Shown one piece after another: positions 26,808 to 34,266 of a DNA stretch of 47,303 nt (positions within the stretch are counted from its first letter, which is position 1; every line of letters begins with the position of its first letter). The DNA is from a virus. The notes under the pieces were generated by a model. That model saw only the letters and a list, made by a program, of their open reading frames with translations. It was not told the origin of the DNA and made no database searches. The stretch is from positions 1 through 47,303 of IMG/VR virus record IMGVR_UViG_3300043425_000872. One strand, given 5' to 3'. A program made the position numbers and the translations under genes.

Positions 26808-27901
26808 TACTTGCGGGTCATGACACCCCCATCCAACTCAATAAGTCCGTCCAGAAGCAGCCGCTCCTTGGCCCGGCGGTACGCCTTCCCGACCGTGTCC
26901 GGCTTGTTGCCGTCACCGTGCGACGGGTGCGCCAAAAACCTCGCCCGCGCCACGTCCTCCGGCAGACTGTCCCCGCTATCCTCCAGCAGATCGAGGAGCA
27001 GCCCGGCCTTGCTTGAGCTGATGTCCACCAGCGCCTTTGTCTTGCTACCGTCCTTGGCCACCAGCGTCTGCAGGTTCTTGCCGTATGCGTCGGTGTAGCC
27101 CTCAAACACGAAGGGCACCAACTCGATGTCCACCGTAGCCCGGCCCTCCCCATCCTTGCGCTTGCGCTGGTGGACGCGCACCAACTGCTTATCCGACGCG
27201 CGGATCACCTCGAGCTGGCTGTCCACGTCGTTGAGCTTGGCGACGCTGCCGAGGTAGCTGCCGCCGCCCTTTGTGGCGTGATCCAGCACGAGGAACGAGA
27301 TGTCCAGTTCCGTCTCGCAACCCGTGGCGCCCTCCTCGATGATGTTGCGCAGGTTCTTGATGAAGGCGGACACGTTGGCCTTTTCATCGCCCGCAGAAGT
27401 TTGCGAGTAGGTGTCAATGACACACAGGACGCGGTACGAGCAGTCGCTGTCGATCATCGCGTCAAACACACCCACGTCCCAGTACTTGTCCGACGCAGTC
27501 GCACCATCATGCTCGTACCGGGTGAGGGCCATCAAAATGTTTCTCAGCTCTGCCGCGCCCTCATCCGTGTCCAGCGCCGGGCGCTCCTGCACCACAAACA
27601 GAAGGCCCCGATCCCCGGCGTCCGTCTCCAGCGCCGCGCGGCGCAGGTGCAGCGCATCGCCACCCTCGGCACCCAGATACAGCACCACACTCGGCTCCGT
27701 GGCCAGACCCATCCAGTCCCGCCCGGTGGACACCGCCGCAGCCATGCCCATCGCGATGAAGGTCTTGAAGCTCATCGACGGGCCGTACATCCAAGTGATG
27801 CCGCGCATCGGCACGAACCCCTCGACCACGTCACACCTCTCGCCACTAGTCTCCAACACCGCCAGCGGGTTGGCCCAGACGGGCTTGCCAGTAAAATCCA
27901 T
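26807..27901 (-). CDS. Stand-alone AAA_25/RepA-like ATPase with C-terminal wHTH-like end
   Basis: GPSMSFKT, LYLGAEG, VIDTYSQT, LVLDHATK; start reassigned to ATG 27901 (AAGGA RBS). Confidence 0.82.
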   Translation of the reverse strand: MDFTGKPVWANPLAVLETSGERCDVVEGFVPMRGITWMYGPSMSFKTFIAMGMAAAVSTGRDWMGLATEPSVVLYLGAEGGDALHLRRAALETDAGDRGLLFVVQERPALDTDEGAAELRNILMALTRYEHDGATASDKYWDVGVFDAMIDSDCSYRVLCVIDTYSQTSAGDEKANVSAFIKNLRNIIEEGATGCETELDISFLVLDHATKGGGSYLGSVAKLNDVDSQLEVIRASDKQLVRVHQRKRKDGEGRATVDIELVPFVFEGYTDAYGKNLQTLVAKDGSKTKALVDISSSKAGLLLDLLEDSGDSLPEDVARARFLAHPSHGDGNKPDTVGKAYRRAKERLLLDGLIELDGGVMTRK

Positions 27902-27931
27902 GTCGCATGTCCTTTCATGTTGCACCCCGCA

Positions 27932-27960
27932 CCCATACACGGACAGCGGACACCGTGCAA
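27932..27960 (-). promoter_or_regulatory. Promoter of AAA_25 gene with two TGTCCG iterons in its spacer
   Basis: Minus strand TTGCAC-N17-TATGGG; CGGACA at 27940 and 27947. Confidence 0.55.
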
Positions 27961-27995
27961 GACACCCCTATTTTGTCCTGTGTGCATTTTTCCGC

Positions 27996-28045
27996 TTGAC
28001 CGCATCAACCGCCTGCTTTACTGGTACGTCATCAGCAACGGAGAC
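27996..28045 (+). promoter_or_regulatory. Early promoter P1 with ATCAGCAACG leader
   Basis: TTGACC-N17-TACTGG-N6-ATCAGCAACGGAGAC. Confidence 0.85.
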
Positions 28046-28050
28046 TACCA

Positions 28051-28545
28051 ATGACCGACCTCACCACCGCCCTTGAAGCCCACAAGCCCAACCTCGAAGC
28101 TCGTTTCATCAGCTTCACGACCGCCCGCTTCAACCGCCTCGTCGAGCAGTTCGGCCCTGCCCTGCGCGGCATCTACAACAGCGACCAGTACCGCAACTGG
28201 CAGGCCATCGCAGGCTGCACCGTCAGCCTCGGCGACCGCGTCAACAGCGAGTACGCTCTGGACGACGCGCGCCTCGCCGCCGCCGCCAAGCACTTCGCCG
28301 AAGAGACCGTCGCCGCGTGGGCCGCCAAGATCGAGGCCAAGCTGGGCGAGTTGGCCGACGCTGAAGTGCGCCACCTTGACGGCACCCGCTTCAACATCGT
28401 CGGCCGGAAGGGCGACCGCCGGGTCCGCATCGAGCAGGACATGATCGTGAACATCAGCAACAAAGGCACGCTGTTCAACCAGTTCCCGGCCCGCATCTAC
28501 GTGGACGGCAAGTTCACCAGCGCCGCCAAGTTTGCCGCACTCTGA
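28051..28545 (+). CDS. Early hypothetical protein, 164 aa
   Basis: First ORF after P1, strong GC3 bias. Confidence 0.85.
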   Translation: MTDLTTALEAHKPNLEARFISFTTARFNRLVEQFGPALRGIYNSDQYRNWQAIAGCTVSLGDRVNSEYALDDARLAAAAKHFAEETVAAWAAKIEAKLGELADAEVRHLDGTRFNIVGRKGDRRVRIEQDMIVNISNKGTLFNQFPARIYVDGKFTSAAKFAAL

Positions 28546-28553
28546 CCCACCAC

Positions 28554-28573
28554 GGCGGGGCTCCGGCCCCGCC
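28554..28573 (+). other. GC-rich hairpin with UCCG tetraloop, no U tract
   Basis: GGCGGGGC-TCCG-GCCCCGCC. Confidence 0.6.
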
Positions 28574-28596
28574 ACCCAACACAAGGAGAGATCGAC

Positions 28597-28770
28597 ATGG
28601 ACACCTACACCGCCACGGGCATCGCCGAGGGCTGGATCGACGCAGACAGCGAGGATCAGATCATCGAGGCGTGGCAGCTCCAGCAGGTCGCGGGCGGCGT
28701 GGCCTACCAGCTTCAGGGCTGGTTCGGCCGCACCGCCCGCGACCTGCTGGAGCAGGGAGTGATCGCATGA
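28597..28770 (+). CDS. Early hypothetical protein, 57 aa
   Basis: Hand translation MDTYTATGIAEGWIDADSEDQIIEAWQLQQVAGGVAYQLQGWFGRTARDLLEQGVIA; AAGGAG RBS. Confidence 0.75.
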   Translation: MDTYTATGIAEGWIDADSEDQIIEAWQLQQVAGGVAYQLQGWFGRTARDLLEQGVIA

Positions 28771-28997
28771 TCAGCATCACACACCACTGCGGCCCATACC
28801 AGCTCATTGTCTGGGCCAGCGGCACCGCCGTCGAGCTTCGCAAGGGCGAGTACGCCTGTTTCTGGCAGGACGAGGACGCGGCTGACGTGACCGACATGTT
28901 TAGCGAGCACGGCCGCGAGGGCCTCGACCGGCTGTGGGACGACTACAGCGACATCGCCACGTACGAGGGCACCGGCCCCGAACCAGAGGAGGACTGA
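28767..28997 (+). CDS. Early acidic hypothetical protein, 76 aa
   Basis: Start reassigned to ATG 28767 (ATGA overlap): MISITHHCGPY... Confidence 0.72.
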   Translation: MISITHHCGPYQLIVWASGTAVELRKGEYACFWQDEDAADVTDMFSEHGREGLDRLWDDYSDIATYEGTGPEPEED

Positions 28998-29000
28998 GCC

Positions 29001-29696
29001 ATGAACTTTGAACAGCTTGTACGCCCCGTGATGGGCGAGAACTACGACACCCGCTTCCCCGCGCGCAGCACCGCCACGCCGGATCTGAACGCAGAACTGA
29101 GCGAGGTAGAGGCAGCCTTCGTCGCCGACTGGGCGCGGCTCTACAGCGCCGCCTCAAACCTCGGCAGCGTCGAGAAGATCCGGCACAGCCTGATCGGCGC
29201 GCTCAAGACCATCAGGCGCGACGCCGAGGCGCGCAGGGGGCAGGAGCTGGCACTGGCGGCCCGGGGCGGCCGCCTCAAGTACCGCTTCCGCGTCATCGCG
29301 CCCGACGGCGACGAGTTGATGTACCCCTCGAATGGGACGATCCACGCCAACCGGATCTACGCCATGCTGTCGCGCGCAGTGCGCCCTGACCCGATACTGA
29401 TCCGGCGGCACGTCGAGAACTACTACGCCCCCTACCTGACGAAGGCGCGTGCCAACAATGACACGGCGCGGGAGGCGGCCCTTCTGGAGGCTTGCGAACG
29501 AGACGTGGCAGGGATGAACTCCACCTTCGAAAGGCGGTCCTACGGCTGGCAGGTACGCGAGAACGGCTCCGACAGGCGGCGTCTGGAACGGGAGATGGCC
29601 CGCATCGTGGCACAAAACGACAGTTCCGAAATCTTCCTGCCGTCCCTCTACCAGTACGAGTACGTCATCGTCGAAGGCACGCCCTTCCCGGTATGA
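29001..29696 (+). CDS. Early hypothetical protein, 231 aa
   Basis: GGAGG RBS; ends at P2. Confidence 0.78.
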   Translation: MNFEQLVRPVMGENYDTRFPARSTATPDLNAELSEVEAAFVADWARLYSAASNLGSVEKIRHSLIGALKTIRRDAEARRGQELALAARGGRLKYRFRVIAPDGDELMYPSNGTIHANRIYAMLSRAVRPDPILIRRHVENYYAPYLTKARANNDTAREAALLEACERDVAGMNSTFERRSYGWQVRENGSDRRRLEREMARIVAQNDSSEIFLPSLYQYEYVIVEGTPFPV

Positions 29697-29705
29697 TTTT
29701 TCCGC

Positions 29706-29755
29706 TTGACCCCAGTTAAGCACCCGGTTACTGGTACGTCATCAGCAACGGAGAC
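29706..29755 (+). promoter_or_regulatory. Early promoter P2 with ATCAGCAACG leader
   Basis: TTGACC-N17-TACTGG-N6-ATCAGCAACGGAGAC; near copy of P1. Confidence 0.85.
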
Positions 29756-29762
29756 TGCCCAC

Positions 29763-29978
29763 ATGAACTGGTTCCCCACCCTTAACGACGCGCTGCAGGC
29801 CGAGGGCCTCCTCGAGAGCTGGCCCCTCGGCGTCACCCTGAGCTACGGCGAGACGCGCGGCCTGTCCGCTGGCGGCCGCTGGATCAGCATATACCGCGAC
29901 GAGCAGGGCCGCTACGAGCGCCCCATCCACTACGCCACCAAGGTTCCCGAGACCTTCCCGCAGGAGTACCGCGCATGA
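29763..29978 (+). CDS. Early hypothetical protein, 71 aa
   Basis: Start reassigned to ATG 29763 after leader. Confidence 0.75.
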   Translation: MNWFPTLNDALQAEGLLESWPLGVTLSYGETRGLSAGGRWISIYRDEQGRYERPIHYATKVPETFPQEYRA

Positions 29979-30172
29979 CCCCCGGCTTCCGCCACGAGTT
30001 CCGCAACCTCACCCCCGCCGACACGCTGACCGTTCTGGGCTGGCTCCTCGAGCCCGCACAGGGCGACCCCGACCCCGACCTGCCGGACGACATGATCGAC
30101 GCCCTGCAGCCGCTCCACGCGGCCTACCGCAAAGCCTACAGCGCCCTGTGCGCCGCAACAGGACAGGACTGA
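29975..30172 (+). CDS. Early hypothetical protein, 65 aa
   Basis: ATGA-coupled. Confidence 0.72.
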   Translation: MTPGFRHEFRNLTPADTLTVLGWLLEPAQGDPDPDLPDDMIDALQPLHAAYRKAYSALCAATGQD

Positions 30173-30176
30173 CACC

Positions 30177-30566
30177 ATGGACTACAACCGCTACTGCGAC
30201 GCCAGCCTGCTAGAATGCGACCACAGCGAGGGCGGCTTCTATTACGCCATAGAGGCCGACGAGGAGAGCGCCCGGGTGATGAGCACGGCGGCCCACGAGG
30301 TCGTCGAGCGCGTCACCGCGAAGTGGATGGAGCGCCCCGGCGTTGTGTGCTGTCACTTTGACATCAACGACGCCGAGATCGAGATCAGCATCAACTCGCC
30401 CAACGATGACATCGACAGCTTTGCGCGCTTCCGGCTCCCTTTGGACGAGTTGATGATCTCGGCTGCAATGACTGCGGAAGATTGGGTGCGTAGATCCCCA
30501 TCTGATGTCTCGGCCATCCTGCGTAAGCTGGCCGACGAGATCGATGCTGCAGCAGGACAGGACTGA
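30177..30566 (+). CDS. Hypothetical protein, 129 aa, flanked by 22-bp direct repeats
   Basis: CAGGACAGGACTGACACCATGG at 30159 and 30553. Confidence 0.72.
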   Translation: MDYNRYCDASLLECDHSEGGFYYAIEADEESARVMSTAAHEVVERVTAKWMERPGVVCCHFDINDAEIEISINSPNDDIDSFARFRLPLDELMISAAMTAEDWVRRSPSDVSAILRKLADEIDAAAGQD

Positions 30567-30570
30567 CACC

Positions 30571-30744
30571 ATGGCACACACCACCAGCGACGCGCACCTG
30601 TTCACGAGCGAGCGGCGCCTCCGGGACGCCGTGAGCGTCGCCAGCGACGCCCTGCTCATCGCCCTGCAGCGCGAGCACCCCCAGATCGTGCGGCACCTGC
30701 AGGAGCAGGCCGCCGCCAACCGCGACACGGAGACACCGGCAAGA
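30571..30744 (+). pseudogene. 57-aa gene whose stop appears lost (AAGA instead of ATGA at 30741-30744)
   Basis: Coding-like GC3 bias ends near 30730; read-through frame afterwards is low quality. Confidence 0.5.
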
Positions 30745-31334
30745 CCCAGACACCCATTCGCGGCGAGCTTCGCCGCGCCGTTTACGCCCACGTCCAGAAC
30801 AACCCCGGCTGCACGTCCGCTGACGTGGCCAGCCACCTCCCCGAGCAGGCCGGGAGCGTGGGGGGCACCCTGTCTCACATGCACGACGACGGCCTCCTGT
30901 CTCGCCAGAAGAAGGGCGCACACTTCTATTACTTCATCCTCGACGAGCAGCACACGCTGGCCGAGGGGCGGCGCAAGCTGGCCGAAGCCGAGGCCGCGCT
31001 GGCCGAAGCCGAGGCCGCGCTGGCCCGCGAAAGAGGGCTCGCCCACACGCAACTGGTCGATACGCAGGAGCAGGTCGTCACCGTGCTTGCGCAAAACGCG
31101 GGTCTCTCCGCCCAGATCGCCGAGCTGCAGGCGTGGAAGGCCGACGCCATCAAGAAGCACCCCGAACTGGCCTCACCCGATCCGCTGCTCCTCAAGGCGC
31201 GCGAGATCGTGGCCGAGGTCCAGCGCGACAAGATGCAAGACCCCTCCACGCTGGGGCGTCTGCTCGCCGGGGGATACGACAGCGGTTCGGCCGTACAGGC
31301 CGCCCTCCTCGCCCTGAAGAGCGTCCAGCCGTGA
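30741..31334 (+). CDS. Winged-helix plus coiled-coil protein, start codon apparently AAG
   Basis: In-frame TQTPIRGELRRAVYAHVQNNPGCTSADVASHL..GTLSHMHDDGLL wHTH pattern upstream of first GTG; GGAG 8 nt before 30741; 21-bp duplication LAEAEAA x2. Confidence 0.6.
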   Translation, partial: KTQTPIRGELRRAVYAHVQNNPGCTSADVASHLPEQAGSVGGTLSHMHDDGLLSRQKKGAHFYYFILDEQHTLAEGRRKLAEAEAALAEAEAALARERGLAHTQLVDTQEQVVTVLAQNAGLSAQIAELQAWKADAIKKHPELASPDPLLLKAREIVAEVQRDKMQDPSTLGRLLAGGYDSGSAVQAALLALKSVQP

Positions 31335-31462
31335 CCCGCCGCACGCTCTGGTGCGACCACTGCAACGCCCACATGCCGCTGAGCGGCATCCTGTCCTGCC
31401 TGCGCAAGACCTGCCAGACCAAGGACCGGGTGCCGCCCGAGGACAGGAGATCTCGCCAGTGA
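31331..31462 (+). CDS. Small Cys-rich protein, 43 aa
   Basis: GTG start, WCDHCNAH..SCLRKTC; GTGA-coupled both ends. Confidence 0.65.
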   Translation: MTRRTLWCDHCNAHMPLSGILSCLRKTCQTKDRVPPEDRRSRQ

Positions 31463-31662
31463 GACGCTACGACAGCAGCACCGACCGCGCCTATCGGTGC
31501 ATCATCATGTACCGCACCCCGGCGGGCCGGGCCGTGCAGGTCAACGAGACGACCATCGCGCCGACGCCCGACGAGGCTATGGCGCTGGCCGAGAAGATCA
31601 TGCTGGCCGACAAGCGCCGCGTGATCGGCAGCATCGAGTACAGGAAGGTGATACCGCTATGA
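31459..31662 (+). CDS. Hypothetical protein, 67 aa
   Basis: GTG 31459 with AGGAG RBS, MRRYDSSTDRAYRCIIMY... Confidence 0.68.
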   Translation: MRRYDSSTDRAYRCIIMYRTPAGRAVQVNETTIAPTPDEAMALAEKIMLADKRRVIGSIEYRKVIPL

Positions 31663-32024
31663 CCACCGAGGACCAATACGCGCCGGAGCCGGTAAGCGGC
31701 GATCCTGTGTTTATCGCAGTGGCTGGGCAGTCGTTCAGTTGCCAACAGGATTGGATCAATCGCGCGAGCCGAGTGCTGACCGCGCATCGAGATTACCGCA
31801 ACACTGAACATGAAGGCCCGGCGAAAGGATGGCGCGGCCCGCACTTCACGGCACTGTGTTTTGACCAAAAGGGCAGGCGCGTGCTCAATGGCGGCGATTT
31901 TCAGCGCGCCGAAAACGAGGGAGCATTCCCGGTTTGGTGGGTTTGGCCAGACCAGATTGCTGAATTGTTGATGCAGCGCCGCGTCACCCTCGCCCACCTG
32001 CATTTGCGTGAAGGAGAAGGGTGA
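31659..32024 (+). CDS. Hypothetical protein, 121 aa (chimeric N-terminus)
   Basis: ATG 31659 by ATGA overlap; MTTEDQYAPEP start resembles gene at 33623. Confidence 0.7.
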   Translation: MTTEDQYAPEPVSGDPVFIAVAGQSFSCQQDWINRASRVLTAHRDYRNTEHEGPAKGWRGPHFTALCFDQKGRRVLNGGDFQRAENEGAFPVWWVWPDQIAELLMQRRVTLAHLHLREGEG

Positions 32025-32254
32025 TGGGAAAGTGCTGCGGAACTTGCCGCCTATATTCCGAGAACTTGTATCGCGGTTCGCGTGTCTGGAAAGATGCCCG
32101 CGCTTGCTGCGCTGATGTGGCGCACGTGATGCCAGAAAGCTGGAGCATCGACAATTACATGGAGGAAACCAAGGGCACGTATTGCGACCTTTGGGAGCCG
32201 TTTGCCGACCCACCCCCTTCCACCAAGGCCGATAGCGATGGGGGTGGGGCGTGA
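32021..32254 (+). CDS. Cys-rich hypothetical protein, 77 aa
   Basis: AAGGAG RBS, CCGTC..CC..YCDLW. Confidence 0.6.
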   Translation: MMGKCCGTCRLYSENLYRGSRVWKDARACCADVAHVMPESWSIDNYMEETKGTYCDLWEPFADPPPSTKADSDGGGA

Positions 32255-32508
32255 GGAACGCAATCTATCGCGCAGCTTGGCCTTTGTTCGCGTGCGCTGA
32301 CTGCATCGGCATGGTCCAATACGGCTGCCAGTGCGATGTTTACGAAGGCATAGCACCCGGTGTTGGCCCGACAGCATGGCACCGTTTTCTGCGCCGTCTT
32401 TACAACTACGCATGGCACAACACCTTTTCGGAAAAACGTGTTTTTTTTCTGATGATTGGCGGCAGTTCGCATGATCCCCGCCCGCCTCCGCGACTTCCTC
32501 CGCCGTGA
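32251..32508 (+). CDS. Cys-containing hypothetical protein; 3' end may depend on a T8 tract
   Basis: GTGA-coupled; T8 at 32441-32448. Confidence 0.5.
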   Translation: MRNAIYRAAWPLFACADCIGMVQYGCQCDVYEGIAPGVGPTAWHRFLRRLYNYAWHNTFSEKRVFFLMIGGSSHDPRPPPRLPPP

Positions 32509-32557
32509 ACTGGGTATCGACCTGTACGACTGGCAGCCCGGTGAGATCGAGTTTTGA
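32471..32557 (+). CDS. Possible 28-aa peptide MIPARLRDFLRRELGIDLYDWQPGEIEF
   Basis: GC3-rich codons, fills gap before next RBS. Confidence 0.45.
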   Translation: MIPARLRDFLRRELGIDLYDWQPGEIEF

Positions 32558-32566
32558 AAGGATAGA

Positions 32567-32770
32567 ATGATGGATAACCCAAGCGCATTTCCGCACCCCT
32601 CTGGCGCTCAAGGTTGCGATGGCATGACCTTGCGCGATTGGTTCGCGGGGCAGGCTTTGTCCATGCTTCCGCACATTGGCGAAACGGCCCTGCGCTGGGA
32701 CGAGTGGGCACATGAAGCCTACGCGCTTGCCAACGCCATGATCACCGAAAGGAACCGCACCAATGGATAA
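32567..32770 (+). CDS. Common phage small protein (AFP..GMTLRDWFAGQAL family)
   Basis: SAFP..GMTLRDWFAGQAL..AYALANAMITER motif. Confidence 0.8.
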   Translation: MMDNPSAFPHPSGAQGCDGMTLRDWFAGQALSMLPHIGETALRWDEWAHEAYALANAMITERNRTNG

Positions 32771-33146
32771 GGACGAACTCGCCGCGCTGGATCGGGCGGC
32801 AACATGGGTCGGCAAGAAACCTCTTGTGCTTGAATGTGTCGAGAACGGCGTCTGGCAAATCCGCCTGATCTTCGGAGAAGGCGAAAAGAACTGCACGGCT
32901 ATGCGACAGTGGGCAGACGCCTACCGCGCCACAGCAGCAGAGGCCCGCTCTGTGCCGGTGGAGACGTACCAGCGCGACATTGCCTTGCGTGACGAAGCCT
33001 ATGCTCAGCTTGAGGCCGAGAACGCAAAGCTGCGGACTTTTGCTGAAGCGTTTGCCCGACAGCCTTGTTCCTGCGGTGTCATGCAGGGCGCAATTACCTG
33101 TGCCCCTTGCCAAGCCCGCGCAGCACTGGAGACGGACCATGGATGA
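32763..33146 (+). CDS. Hypothetical protein, 127 aa, C-terminal CxC..CxxC
   Basis: Overlap-coupled ORF with AAGGA RBS. Confidence 0.65.
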   Translation: MDKDELAALDRAATWVGKKPLVLECVENGVWQIRLIFGEGEKNCTAMRQWADAYRATAAEARSVPVETYQRDIALRDEAYAQLEAENAKLRTFAEAFARQPCSCGVMQGAITCAPCQARAALETDHG

Positions 33147-33426
33147 TCTGGTGCAGCGGTTGGAGGCCGAACACGCTCGCAACGGCGGGCAGGGAGCATA
33201 CGCTTGGAGCTCTCGTGAACTATGTGGAAAAGCCGCCGCCGAAATCCGCAGCCTCCGCGAGCAGGTGGCGCAGGAGCGGGCGGGGATTGTGGCTTGGTTG
33301 CGGGAGACAGCTGACATGATGCAAGGCTTTTCGGGGCCAAGCACGGCACCGACCAAATTCTACCGCACGATTGCCCGCATTGCCGACGCCATCGAACGCC
33401 ACGAGGACAAGGAGCCGAGAGCGTGA
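33139..33426 (+). CDS. Hypothetical protein, 95 aa
   Basis: Start reassigned to ATG 33139 (GGAG RBS): MDDLVQRL..AAAEIRSLREQV. Confidence 0.7.
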   Translation: MDDLVQRLEAEHARNGGQGAYAWSSRELCGKAAAEIRSLREQVAQERAGIVAWLRETADMMQGFSGPSTAPTKFYRTIARIADAIERHEDKEPRA

Positions 33427-33626
33427 GCAGGCCCCTATCCTACTGGTGGGATTTTCGTCACCACAAAGACGGTAGGATGACGGTGATCGTTGAGTGTGAT
33501 CACCCCAAGGCCGATGGTCGCACTCTAGCCGAGTTCAATGAACCCCTGCAAGCTGACGCGCTGATTGCTGATCTGAAAGCAGGGCGCAAATCAATGCACA
33601 CACTGCTGAAGGAGCCGAGAGCATGA
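33423..33626 (+). CDS. Hypothetical protein, 67 aa, flanked by direct repeats
   Basis: AAGGAGCCGAGAGC(G/A)TGA at 33409 and 33609. Confidence 0.68.
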   Translation: MSRPLSYWWDFRHHKDGRMTVIVECDHPKADGRTLAEFNEPLQADALIADLKAGRKSMHTLLKEPRA

Positions 33627-33826
33627 CCACCACCGCATACGACGACCAATTCGCGCCAGAGCCCCCCGCACGCTCTGCGGGCTTCAGCACCCGCGAGATG
33701 GTGGACATGTTCAACGAGGGTCGGGCCGAGGAGCGCAAGCTGCTCGCGGCGTGGTTCCGCAAGCACGGCAGGCCCCAGATCGCAGACCAGATCGAGGCCG
33801 GGGAACACCTGAAACCACCCGCTTGA
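33623..33826 (+). CDS. Hypothetical protein, 67 aa
   Basis: GC3-rich; stop overlaps -35 of P3. Confidence 0.75.
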   Translation: MTTTAYDDQFAPEPPARSAGFSTREMVDMFNEGRAEERKLLAAWFRKHGRPQIADQIEAGEHLKPPA

Positions 33827-33871
33827 CAGGGCCCACGGGCGTCTGTACGCCCGCCTATCAGCAACGGAGAC
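33823..33871 (+). promoter_or_regulatory. Early promoter P3 with ATCAGCAACG leader
   Basis: TTGACA-N17-TACGCC-N5-ATCAGCAACGGAGAC. Confidence 0.8.
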
Positions 33872-33877
33872 ACCGAC

Positions 33878-34054
33878 ATGACAGACGAAGAGACCCTCGC
33901 CCTCCTGCGCAAGGTGGACGAGATGCGCGCCGAGCTGCGCCGCCTTGAGCCGGTCTTGAGCCGGGCCTGTGTGGAGTACGGCAAGCGCCGGGGCTGCACC
34001 GGCTTCCGCGACTTCCACGTGCGCAACGACGCCGCGCGGGCGGTGGCGGCATGA
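33878..34054 (+). CDS. Hypothetical protein, 58 aa
   Basis: Hand translation MTDEETLALLRKVDEMRAELRRLEPVLSRACVEYGKRRG... Confidence 0.75.
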   Translation: MTDEETLALLRKVDEMRAELRRLEPVLSRACVEYGKRRGCTGFRDFHVRNDAARAVAA

Positions 34055-34266
34055 GCGGCATAGAGACCGCCATCGCCGCTGCAGGCGGCCGCCGCGCCTT
34101 CGCAGACAGCCTCGACCCGCCCGTGACCGTGCAGGCCGTGTGCCAGTGGGTCAAGCGCGGCTGGGTGCCGCCCACCCGCGCGCTGGAGATCGAGACGCTG
34201 TACCGCGTGGACCGCGCCCTCCTCGTCAAGCCCAGCCTGATCCCCCTCGTCGGCGAACCGGCGTGA
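34051..34266 (+). CDS. Cro/YdaS-like HTH transcriptional regulator
   Basis: AIAAAGGRRAFADSL..VTVQAVCQWVKRGWVPPTRALEIE. Confidence 0.85.
   Translation: MSGIETAIAAAGGRRAFADSLDPPVTVQAVCQWVKRGWVPPTRALEIETLYRVDRALLVKPSLIPLVGEPA

Noticed and set aside
29715-29731. CtrA box (TTAA-N7-TTAA) in P2
   Set aside because: Second half-site is GTTA/TTAC with off spacing and the other promoters lack TTAA; not supportable on its own
30505-31317. 270-aa ORF as called by the track
   Set aside because: Only 30571-30740 looks coding; the rest is off-frame to the wHTH gene
33969-34262. N-terminal extension of the methyltransferase ORF
   Set aside because: Overlaps two real genes; motif I starts right after GTG 34263, which is GTGA-coupled to the Cro-like gene
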